Assembly: GCA_021798195.1 (NCBI GenBank)
Contig: JAJZYH010000001.1
Span: 4,351-68,350, forward strand
Direction: 5' to 3'
Length of the DNA: 64,000 nucleotides
Source of the DNA: Thermoplasmata archaeon
Lineage (GTDB): Archaea; Thermoplasmatota; Thermoplasmata; Lutacidiplasmatales; UBA184
The position numbers and the translations under genes were made by a program. The notes under the pieces were generated by a model, which saw nothing but the letters and a program-made list of their open reading frames with translations, ran no database searches and was not told the DNA's origin. Position 1 is the first letter of the stretch. Each line of letters starts with the position of its first letter. This document shows, one piece after another, positions 17,429 through 25,865 of the stretch.

Positions 17429-20338
17429 TCAATTCCCGGAGGCAACCCCTCTTTCCTCGGCAGGGGGTGATCCTTCCCGGGAGGCGAGGAAGGGGACCTC
17501 CCTCCTGGGACGCAGGACCCATACCGTGGCATCCCGGGGGGTGGCCCCCATGGTCCGCAGGAAGCGGCGGAGCCGCTTCCCTCCCGCGGAGGTCCCCGTG
17601 AGGAGGAGGAGGTGCGCACCGGCGCGCTGGGCCTTCTGCCAGGTCCGGGCGAGCCGCCGGGGATCCCGGAGGCTGGACACCTCGGCCTCCACGAAGATGG
17701 GTCGCCCGTGCCCCAACCGGAGGAGCCACCGGAGACCCTCTCCCGCGGAACCGCTGGACGGATCACCTCCTCCCTCCGGGGTGGGGGGCAGGGGGATCCA
17801 GGCATCGGGCTGGGTCCGTTCGAAACCCCCCTGCCGCGGCAGGATGAGCCGCAAGGCGTGACGGGCGAAGATCCGGAATGCGATCGCCACCAGTTGCCGG
17901 TGCTCCTCGGATTCCCGGGGAGCCCCCGAGTCCGGAGAGAGGCCCAGCCGGGCCCACCCCGCCTCGGTGAGGTCCCAGGAGCCGGTTTGCGTCCGGTGGA
18001 TCCAACCGCGCCGGAGCGCCCCCTCGGCACCCGGGAGCTCCCTTCCATGGGGGTTCCCCCCGGATGCGGCGATCTTTAGGAGGAGAGATTCGGGTGAGGC
18101 GGTGCCTTCGCCGCGGGAGGGACAGAACTCCTGGGCGGAGCGATCCGAGAGCTCCTGCCATGACACCGAGGAGACGGGTTCCGGTGGAGGGAACATCCAC
18201 AGCTGGGGCTGGGTCATCCCTTCTCCTCGCACCCATGCCATGTGGGTGGGGAGGATGGTGAGGTCCTCCTCCATTCTCATGGGGGGTATCGGACCCCCCC
18301 GCGCCACGAGACCCAGGAGGGTGGAGAGGCGGGGGGCCTCCTCGGCGGGTGTCCGCAGGACAAAGAGCGTCTGGACATTGGCGAGGGTCCCCCGCCCCAG
18401 CCCTTCTTCGAGGTGGGAGAGCGATTGCGTGGCCATCACCACCCCCACCCCGAACTTCCGGCCCTCTTCCACCAGGGTCCGCAGGAGGGACGGGGCGTAG
18501 GATTGCGCCTCATCGAGGACGAGGAGGGCCCGGACCTCCGCTCCCCGGGAGGTGGGGCCCCTTCGCAGGAGGCTCAGGAAGACGCGCATCAGGAGAAGGT
18601 TGGCCAGGGACCGGCCCGCCGCCGCCCCCCAAAACTCCCGGGGAAGGTGGATGATGAGGCTCCGGCCCATGCGGAGAAGGTCCGCGGGGTCGATGCCGCC
18701 GTCCCCCGGAGCCACCACGCGTCGGAACCGCGGGGAGAGGGCGGCCCGGGCGAGCCGGTTCTGCGCCGAGGAGAGGAACTCCGGCTGACGCCGTGCGAGT
18801 GCCGGGAGACCTTCGAGGAACTCCCGGAGATTGGGCTCCCGGACCGATGCGAGGAGGGGCGCCGTGGAGGACGCGGGCCGGAACAGGAGGTCTGCCACCT
18901 CCGCGAGATCCCCTCCCGCTCCCACAACGGACCGGATGGCCCCGTCGAGGATGCGTTCCAGTCGCGGTCCCCAGTACTCTTCCCCCCGCCCGGGGAGCGG
19001 GCGCAGGGCCTCGAGAACCTCCGAAGTGAGAAGCTCGATCCACTCCTCGCTGGGTCGTGGGGTCCCTCGGGAGGACCCCCCGCCGGATCCCAGGACATCG
19101 ATGCCCACGAGCCCATCCTCCAGTCCCCGGGTCCCGTCGAGGAGCACCAGACCCATCCGGCGGGGAGGAGGGAGCCGGCTCACGACTCCCGGTCCCAGGT
19201 CCCCATGGAGGTCCCACAGGACCACGGGAATGCCGGCGAGGATGGCGGTGGTGGCCAGGTGGATCAGGAATTGCGTCTTCCCGCTCCCGGAGGATCCCAG
19301 GACCGCCGCGTGACGGAGGAACTGGGACCACGGGAACGAACCTCCGGGATCCCCGTTCCAGCGGGCGCCCAGGTGGGCCCGGGCGCGGGAGTCCCCGACG
19401 GGAAGGATGGAGCCGGTCCGGGGAAGGCGGAGGGCTCCGGAGCCCTCTCCGGGAACGAACCAGGGACGCGCCAGGAGTTCCGCAGGCGGGCATGGGTTCC
19501 GCCCGCTGTGGAACCGGAAGACGCTCCGCTGGGTCCATTCTTCCTTCCATCCGGGGGGTAATCCCCCGGTGGTCCTCAGCACCAGGGGGCGACCCCCGGT
19601 GAGGATGGCCCAATGGTGTGCCAGTCGCCCGCTCCCGGAGGTGCCTCGGGGGCCGCTCATCCACCGGATGTGTCCGAAGAGACGAGGAGGGCGGTCCCCC
19701 CGGGGGACATCCCAGACGAAGAGGGCCTGCACGGCCCAGGGGGGCGGGACGCGGGGGATGTCCGGGGGAGATTCCGATCCCTGCGTGTCCCAGATGCTCC
19801 GGATGGGGGGCCGGGGCGGATATCCCGAAACTTCACCGCCGCTCCCGGGTGGGCTCCACACCACGCAACCGGCCTCACCCACTCCGTCCCATGGAGAGGG
19901 TAGTGCTTCCGGGGGTGCGACCGGGACGGCCCGCAGACATTCCCGGGCCCAGGCGTCCTGGATCCCCGCCAGGGGAGGGAATGGGGAACGCATCTGGAAC
20001 ACCTCCCGCTCTGTACCGGTACCCAGCTCGAGGACGAGCGGTTCTCCGGGGAATCGGAGCAAATGGGAGAGCCAGGCGCGGACGAGGGCGGGGATGGGCC
20101 GGGGAACCCCCGGGTGGCTCAGCGACCACCAGGAACCGGAGGTCACGGGACCTCCCAATGGGGAGAGGGCTCCGCCAGAGTGAACCGTCTCAAGATGGGA
20201 TCTCTCCCCTGGATCCAGAGGAGGAGGCCTTCCCCTCGGGTCCAGGTGATGAGCAGGGGGGTACCCGGAAGGCGCCAGGAACTGGCGGGCCACTCCGGGA
20301 GGTGAGGAGGGGAGGAGACCGTCATTCCCTCCCTCCAT
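17429..20338 (-). CDS. HerA/FtsK-like (DUF87) P-loop ATPase with a long N-terminal proline-rich region and a C-terminal winged-helix + restriction-endonuclease-like (PD-(D/E)xK-like) module
   Basis: Walker A VLGSSGSGKTQFLIHL followed by VVLWDLHGD (the HerA hGEY-like strand). Walker B LLVLDEAQSYAP; EGRKFGVGVVMATQSLSHL (HerA/FtsK RKxG...Q motif); TLFVLRT. C-terminus: a wHTH-like segment (SPESLLLKIAASGG...LTEAGWARLGL), then ...TQPDAWIPLP...GRPIFVEAEVSS...TWQKAQ, which I read as the PD/ExK-like motifs of a PD-(D/E)xK nuclease-like domain. The first 340 aa are Pro/Gly-rich with no domain I recognise. The start is uncertain (alternative internal Met codons). Confidence 0.65.
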   Translation of the reverse strand: MEGGNDGLLPSSPPGVARQFLAPSGYPPAHHLDPRGRPPPLDPGERSHLETVHSGGALSPLGGPVTSGSWWSLSHPGVPRPIPALVRAWLSHLLRFPGEPLVLELGTGTEREVFQMRSPFPPLAGIQDAWARECLRAVPVAPPEALPSPWDGVGEAGCVVWSPPGSGGEVSGYPPRPPIRSIWDTQGSESPPDIPRVPPPWAVQALFVWDVPRGDRPPRLFGHIRWMSGPRGTSGSGRLAHHWAILTGGRPLVLRTTGGLPPGWKEEWTQRSVFRFHSGRNPCPPAELLARPWFVPGEGSGALRLPRTGSILPVGDSRARAHLGARWNGDPGGSFPWSQFLRHAAVLGSSGSGKTQFLIHLATTAILAGIPVVLWDLHGDLGPGVVSRLPPPRRMGLVLLDGTRGLEDGLVGIDVLGSGGGSSRGTPRPSEEWIELLTSEVLEALRPLPGRGEEYWGPRLERILDGAIRSVVGAGGDLAEVADLLFRPASSTAPLLASVREPNLREFLEGLPALARRQPEFLSSAQNRLARAALSPRFRRVVAPGDGGIDPADLLRMGRSLIIHLPREFWGAAAGRSLANLLLMRVFLSLLRRGPTSRGAEVRALLVLDEAQSYAPSLLRTLVEEGRKFGVGVVMATQSLSHLEEGLGRGTLANVQTLFVLRTPAEEAPRLSTLLGLVARGGPIPPMRMEEDLTILPTHMAWVRGEGMTQPQLWMFPPPEPVSSVSWQELSDRSAQEFCPSRGEGTASPESLLLKIAASGGNPHGRELPGAEGALRRGWIHRTQTGSWDLTEAGWARLGLSPDSGAPRESEEHRQLVAIAFRIFARHALRLILPRQGGFERTQPDAWIPLPPTPEGGGDPSSGSAGEGLRWLLRLGHGRPIFVEAEVSSLRDPRRLARTWQKAQRAGAHLLLLTGTSAGGKRLRRFLRTMGATPRDATVWVLRPRREVPFLASREGSPPAEERGVASGN

Positions 20339-20687
20339 TTGCCCCCGCGACGCGCTCCTCGATCTCCCGGATCGCCGTGGCCAAGGGGAGCAGGTGCGAG
20401 GCCTCGGCCCATGCGAGGAGGACGGGAGCCGGGAGGTCGCGCCATTGGGGCCGACCGGAGGGATCCGGGAGACGCAGGCGCCAGACGTGGAGCCCCGCGG
20501 GGGTCCGGATCCGATGCGCCAGGGGCCGTACGCTGAGGGTCAGGGGGACCCGGACGGATCCGAACCAGAGGGTACCCGCAGGGAGGTGCGGTCCCTCCGG
20601 ACCCTGGGCGGGGTGGTTCTCTCGGAGGGTGGCTCGAACGGGTTCCGGGCGGGTGCGTTCGCCCGCCAGATTTTCCACTGCGCTCAT
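20322..20687 (-). CDS. Hypothetical small protein (about 121 aa), possibly co-transcribed with the HerA-like gene
   Basis: ORF MSAVENLAGERTRPEPV...LLAWAEASHLLPLATAIREIEERVAG. Its stop overlaps the start of the HerA-like gene by 16 nt. No family recognised. High GC makes this call weak. Confidence 0.3.
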   Translation of the reverse strand: MSAVENLAGERTRPEPVRATLRENHPAQGPEGPHLPAGTLWFGSVRVPLTLSVRPLAHRIRTPAGLHVWRLRLPDPSGRPQWRDLPAPVLLAWAEASHLLPLATAIREIEERVAGANGGRE

Positions 20688-21468
20688 AGAGGGCCTTGAG
20701 GGAGACCCCCTTCCGTGGGCGGAGGGGAACTCCCACGGGACCCCTGGGACCGACCTCACCACGCGTCCCGGGAATCTTCGGGACGGCGGAGGGGGGAGCC
20801 TTCCAGGGTCGGGAAGGGCTCGAGACGGAGTGGGCGACTCCCAGGACGGAGTCCGGGGTCGTCTGCGAGGTCAGCCTCCCACTGCTCCGGGGGGATCCGG
20901 AAGGCCGACGCACGTCCGTCCAGGTCCGGGCGACGAGGTCGAGCGGTCAGGAACTGACCGGAAAGGGCCTCGAGGGATCCCCGGTCGGGAATCCAGTGGC
21001 GGAGACGGGACGACCGATCCCCCGGTCCAGCTCCCGCTCCCCGACGGGTGCAGCCGTCCGCGGCCGACTCGGGCGAGAGCCGACTGCGGCGGACACCTTC
21101 CGAGGCGTTGGCGACCACGGAGGGGGCAGAGGGAGGGGCGGCGCAGGAAGCGGGGTCCCCCACAGTGCGGGCTCCACGGGTCGTCGGCGATCTGCCCACG
21201 GGATGGAACCGGTTCGCAGCGAGGTTCGGGGCCCTTGGGCGTCCAAGATCCCGGAAGGTCGCTGGCGTACGGAATTCGTTCCCGCAGATGCGTGTTGGTT
21301 GGAGACGGGAGAAGGGAAGGACCAAGTGAGTCGATTCCACCGGGCGGGACGGTGAACGATGCCTGCCCGCCGGGCGGTGCAGGGCGTGCCGTATGACCGT
21401 CCCATCGTTCCCGTGGACCGCGTCGTTTAAGAAACGAGACCGAGAACCAGCGGGACGGGAGAGAAGGG

Positions 21469-22389
21469 ATGGCCCTCGCGAGCGACTACTACGAGGTGCT
21501 GGGGATTCCCCGGGGGGCGGACCCCGAGACCATCCATCGGGCCTACCGGAGGCTCGCGCAGCGCTGGCATCCGGACCGGAACCCGCACGATCCCCGGGCG
21601 TCGGAGATGTTCCGGCGCCTCAATGAGGCGTACCACGTCCTCGCCGATCCGGCCCAGAGGAGGACGTACGACGCCCGGTTCTCCTGGGCGGTCTCCACCC
21701 GGGCCGACGTGGAGGCCCGGGTCACCCTCGGCCTCCGGGACGCCTACCGGGGGACCACGCTCCGGTTCTCCGTCCCCCACGCCATGGTCTGCCTGGATTG
21801 TGGCGGGCTCGGGCACCGGCCCGAAGGCGTCCCGGTGACCTGCCCCCGCTGCCATGGGTCCGGGTTCGAGGAGGCGCAGAGCCTCTACCGGACGGAGGTG
21901 CGATCGGTCTGTCCGTCCTGCGGAGGGCGCGGGGGCCGCATCGACCGTTCCCACGAGGGCCCCTGCCCCACCTGCCGGGGTCTGGGAATGGTGCTGGGAG
22001 AGACCAGCATCGAGGTGAAGGTGCCCCCGGGGGTCGACGAGGGGATGCGGCTCAAGGTGCGGGGGCAGGGACGCCCCCTCCTTCGGGGAGGCCGGGGGGA
22101 CCTGTACCTGGTGGTGCATCTGCGCCCCGGACCCTGGCAACGCGACGGACAGGACCTCACGGTACCGGTGGATGTGCCGGCCCAGACCCTCCTCGCCGGG
22201 GGACGGGTCCCGGTGGCGCTGCCCGACGAGACGATCTGGGTCACGATCCCCGAGGGGGCGGAGGAGGGGAGCCGGATCCTCCTCAAGGGACGCGGGTTCC
22301 CCGCGTTCGCGGGGCGCCCTCCGGGGGACCTCACCCTCATCCTGCACCGGCGGGATGGCCCGTCGCAAGGACCCGATCCAGGTCCCTGA
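21469..22389 (+). CDS. DnaJ-class chaperone (J-domain + four CxxCxGxG zinc-finger repeats + C-terminal substrate-binding domain; no G/F-rich region)
   Basis: DYYEVLGIPRGADPETIHRAYRRLAQRWHPDRN (HPD motif). Zinc-finger repeats CLDCGGLG, CPRCHGSG, CPSCGGRG, CPTCRGLG. 306 aa. Confidence 0.85.
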   Translation: MALASDYYEVLGIPRGADPETIHRAYRRLAQRWHPDRNPHDPRASEMFRRLNEAYHVLADPAQRRTYDARFSWAVSTRADVEARVTLGLRDAYRGTTLRFSVPHAMVCLDCGGLGHRPEGVPVTCPRCHGSGFEEAQSLYRTEVRSVCPSCGGRGGRIDRSHEGPCPTCRGLGMVLGETSIEVKVPPGVDEGMRLKVRGQGRPLLRGGRGDLYLVVHLRPGPWQRDGQDLTVPVDVPAQTLLAGGRVPVALPDETIWVTIPEGAEEGSRILLKGRGFPAFAGRPPGDLTLILHRRDGPSQGPDPGP

Positions 22390-22453
22390 GCGGTCCATCC
22401 AAAGGGAGGATGGGAGGGACCGGGGGCTAAAACCACAGAGGCGGCGGGGGGTC

Positions 22454-23317
22454 TCACGGGGGCTCATCCAGAGATCTCCAGTCGTAGGCACCTCTCGGGT
22501 CGGATGGGGGTGCCCCCTCCACGGGAGAGCCCGGGGCGTATTCCACGGGGGGAAGGCCCATCCCGGCCCGGAACCGGTTCACCGACGCCGGAGCGAACCC
22601 CTCGAAATGGTTGTTGAAGTAGACGAACACTCCCAGGCTCCGCTCCTGGATGCTTTCCCGCAACCGCTCCGACCAGGTACGGAGCTCCGGCGTCCGATCC
22701 ACCCGGACCTCCCCGTGACGTTGCGCGGGGATCGTCTCGTGATCCCCGATGAAGCGCAGGTAGACGAAATCTCCGGTGATCTCGGGCGGGATCTCCACGT
22801 AGGTGAGAGAGGACCAGGCGAGGGAGATCCGCCGGTCGCCGAGGGTCCGCGTGAGCCTCTGGAACACCTCTCCCTGGAACCACCCCTTCTCCCGGAGCTC
22901 CACCGCGTAGCGGACGCCGCGTTCCAGCTCCCCCAGGAGTTCCTCGAGGAAACGGGTGGCGCGCCCGGGCCGCACCCAGGGGGGGAACTGCAGGAGCACC
23001 GGTCCGAGTTTGGGTCCCAGCTCCCGGATGTGGGAGAGGAATCCATGCACCTTGTCCCGGTCCACGGGTGCGCGCGGGTCCAGAAGATCCCGGGGGAACT
23101 TCAGGGCAAAGACGAACCGGTCCGGCGTCGCCGACGCCCACCGCCGGAAGAGAAGGCTCCCCGGATCCCGGTAGTAGGTGGAGTCCACCTCCACGGTGTC
23201 GTAGAGTGAGGCGTACCAGGAGAGCCGATCCCGCTCCGGTAATTTCTCGGGATAGACCCGGCCCCACCAGGAATCCGCGGTCCACGAGCAGCATCCGATC
23301 CTCAGGTCGGGGGCCAT
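22454..23317 (-). CDS. DUF72 (YecE-like) family protein
   Basis: Start at internal ATG (MAPDLRIGCCSWTADSWWGRVYP...YASLYDTVEVDSTYYR...FRF...YVYFNNHFEG). The N-terminal 151 aa of the long ORF is P/G-rich and is rejected. Confidence 0.8.
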   Translation of the reverse strand: MAPDLRIGCCSWTADSWWGRVYPEKLPERDRLSWYASLYDTVEVDSTYYRDPGSLLFRRWASATPDRFVFALKFPRDLLDPRAPVDRDKVHGFLSHIRELGPKLGPVLLQFPPWVRPGRATRFLEELLGELERGVRYAVELREKGWFQGEVFQRLTRTLGDRRISLAWSSLTYVEIPPEITGDFVYLRFIGDHETIPAQRHGEVRVDRTPELRTWSERLRESIQERSLGVFVYFNNHFEGFAPASVNRFRAGMGLPPVEYAPGSPVEGAPPSDPRGAYDWRSLDEPP

Positions 23318-23496
23318 GGAATGGCGAGGGAGCCCCCCGCTTTCGGGCTTTCGCATCCGGGGCACCTGCGCGGCGCCCCGCAAGGAAGGGCGCCCGGGCA
23401 CATCGGGAACACCGGGAGCGCGGAGGGAGCGCGGGAAGACCCGGGAGCCCTCTCCCCCACTCCCGTGCGCGGGAGTTCCCCTCGGCGCTCCTCCGG

Positions 23497-25101
23497 TCAG
23501 AGCGAGATGGGCACCCCGGGCACCGGATGCACCACTTGGATGCGGGTCCCCTGGAGCAGGCGGTCGTACGCGCGGGGGGTCTCCGTGTGGATGGGGATCA
23601 ACCGGTGGGGGTTCGCCCTCCGAACGAGTTCCACGAGGTCCCTCTCGGGCGCATGACCGGAGGCGTGGTAGCCCCGATCCTCGGGATGGTCGAAGCGGGG
23701 TCGCAACGTACCCTCCCGGTCCCGCTCCAGCCGGAACCCCACCACCTTCATGCGAGCCCACTGGGTCCATGCTTGCAGGCGGACGAAATCGAACTCCTGC
23801 TCCTCGCCGTGGGCCTCGCTGGAGGAGTAGAGCCAGAGCCCCCCCGGTGTCGCCTTCCGGAGATCCACGAGGTCATTGGCGTCGAAGAAGCTGAAGCAGA
23901 GGATCCAGTTCCCGGGAGTCGCCGCGATGTCCTCCGGGTCCAGGAAGGCATCGGAGTACCGTTCCTCGATGCGCTGGAGGGGAGCCCGCGATTGGAGGGT
24001 GGGTTCCCGGAGGATCCGCATCCCTCCGGGATCCATGTCGTGGGGGATGGCGGGGTCCACCCGGCTCAGGAGGTCCAGGATGTGGGCGTCCTTGGGGACG
24101 AGGACCAGTTGGCGCCCCGTCTCCTGTGCGACCTCCCGGAACGTCTTCAACCTCTCCACGTTGCGGGGCCCGAAATCCGCCACCACGAGGCGTCCCTCGT
24201 ACTCTCGGACCTTGGACAGAGACCTCCCCTTCACCGTGGCCTCGCTGGGGGAGGGTCCGAGTGGCTCCTCCGGGGAGGATCCGAGACGCGTGCCCTCCAC
24301 GACGAGCACGTCGGGGTTCCGATCCTCCAGTCGGCGCATCAAAGCCTCGGTATCGCTCCCGTGCTCCCCGTGGAACCGAAGGTCCCCGCTGTAGGCCACG
24401 CGGCTTCCGTCCAGGTCGAGGATGTAGGCGACGCCCCCGTACACCGAATGGTCCACGGGACGCGCATCGAGCCCGATGGAGCCCACGCGGAGGGGGGCGG
24501 GACACGGGTCCCTGGGTTCGAAGGAACCTCTCTTCGGGTTGGCGTAGGGACTTTCCCGCAGGCGCTCCACAAACGGATCCGGGGCGTCCCCCAAGGACCA
24601 GATGACGCGGGTCTCCCGGTTCTCGGAACTCTTGAGCAGGCGCGGGTCCTTGGCCTCGCGACGGGTGAGATAGGTGACCTCGGTCTCCGGCCCTCCCGTT
24701 GCCGTCTCCTGCCACGAGCGCAGGAGGGCCAGGGTCATGGGCGTCATCACCACCGGGAGTTCCGGCCGCAGGAACCCGACCGCGCCCGCGTGGTCCAGGT
24801 GGCCATGGGTCACCAGGACCGCATCGGGGGGAACCCCGTCCCACTCCTCGTCCTTGTGGGGGAAATCCTGCTGGGGGAAGAGATCCTCCCGGTAGAAGCC
24901 CCGGAGCGGGGGCAGAAGGCCCAATGCCAGGTAGTCCACGAGGCCCCGGGAGGGCCGGGGTTTCACGAACTCCTCGTAGTACTGTCCCATGCGGCGATAG
25001 TTGGTCCCGAAGTCCAGGAGGAGCCGGGTCGCTCCATCGGTGAGGAGCATCTTCGTTCCTCCGATGGAGTCGTGGCCGTCGAAGACCGTGAGCGCGCCCA
25101 T
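23497..25101 (-). CDS. Metallo-beta-lactamase-fold hydrolase, beta-CASP/RNase J-like
   Basis: VLVTHGHLDHAG (HxHxDH), later D and H motifs. 534 aa, consistent with beta-CASP ribonuclease-like proteins. Confidence 0.75.
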   Translation of the reverse strand: MGALTVFDGHDSIGGTKMLLTDGATRLLLDFGTNYRRMGQYYEEFVKPRPSRGLVDYLALGLLPPLRGFYREDLFPQQDFPHKDEEWDGVPPDAVLVTHGHLDHAGAVGFLRPELPVVMTPMTLALLRSWQETATGGPETEVTYLTRREAKDPRLLKSSENRETRVIWSLGDAPDPFVERLRESPYANPKRGSFEPRDPCPAPLRVGSIGLDARPVDHSVYGGVAYILDLDGSRVAYSGDLRFHGEHGSDTEALMRRLEDRNPDVLVVEGTRLGSSPEEPLGPSPSEATVKGRSLSKVREYEGRLVVADFGPRNVERLKTFREVAQETGRQLVLVPKDAHILDLLSRVDPAIPHDMDPGGMRILREPTLQSRAPLQRIEERYSDAFLDPEDIAATPGNWILCFSFFDANDLVDLRKATPGGLWLYSSSEAHGEEQEFDFVRLQAWTQWARMKVVGFRLERDREGTLRPRFDHPEDRGYHASGHAPERDLVELVRRANPHRLIPIHTETPRAYDRLLQGTRIQVVHPVPGVPISL

Positions 25102-25167
25102 GACGAACCCTTCCCCGGCAGAGGGGGAGAAGGGAGGCCACGGAAGAACCCTGCGACGGGTCCGACC

Positions 25168-25665
25168 TCAACGGGTGGGCGGGGCGGGGGACTCGCCCGT
25201 CATGAGGTAGTCCTTGAACCGATGGAGCACGTCGTCCCAGAAGTGGAAGTGCCAGGACCGTGCCTCTTCCCATTCGGGCCCCGCCTTCCATCCCCGATGC
25301 TCCAGCGTGACATCGATCCCTTCCGGGCAGGGGGAGACCCGGATCTGGACCTCCGTGAGGTCTCCGGGACCATTCATCAACCGGGCGAACGCGGGAGGTC
25401 CCTTCCAGGTGAAGGCAAGCTCATCCTCCGGCCGGAAGCGCAGGATGCGGCACCCTTCGGTGGAGTTCTGCGAGGGGGAGGCGGAATCCCAGAAGAGTTC
25501 GAAGGCTCCCCCCTCCTCCGGCTCCACGTGGACCCGGGGCGCGAGCCACTTCTCCAGGTGCTGCGGCTCCACGAGCCCCTGCCAGACGTCGGAGATGGGG
25601 AGGGCGGGGGTCACCTGGATCAGGATATCGTCGGGGGGAATCTCCGTGGTACCCCGGGAATGCAT
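25168..25665 (-). CDS. SRPBCC-superfamily protein (AHSA1/activator-of-Hsp90-ATPase-like)
   Basis: 165 aa. The pattern ...ILRFRPEDELAFTWKG...VTLEHRGW... is typical of the AHSA1/polyketide-cyclase-like fold. Confidence 0.65.
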   Translation of the reverse strand: MHSRGTTEIPPDDILIQVTPALPISDVWQGLVEPQHLEKWLAPRVHVEPEEGGAFELFWDSASPSQNSTEGCRILRFRPEDELAFTWKGPPAFARLMNGPGDLTEVQIRVSPCPEGIDVTLEHRGWKAGPEWEEARSWHFHFWDDVLHRFKDYLMTGESPAPPTR

Positions 25666-25856
25666 GGGGCATCGGTGACCCCATCCCTTACATGAAAATT
25701 GCGCGACGCGGCATCGTTCCGTTCCCGAAGCTCCTCCACTGTCCCGGGCTCATCACCACCCGGACCCCTAGGGAACGGGGCCTGTCCGGAATCCACGCCC
25801 ACCCCGAGGGAACCCGGAACGCCTCGTCCGGAACTCCCGGAGATCCAGCAGATCCC

Positions 25857-25865
25857 GCCCTATCC
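25857..25865. repeat. Left copy of 9-bp direct repeat gccctatcc (putative target-site duplication or conserved flank)
   Basis: Identical 9-mer immediately outside both inverted repeats of the tnpB element. Confidence 0.55.

Noticed and set aside
19618-21396. 592-aa plus-strand ORF overlapping the HerA-like gene N-terminus
   Set aside because: Extremely Arg/Gly-rich with no secondary-structure-like pattern. It is antisense to the ATPase gene.
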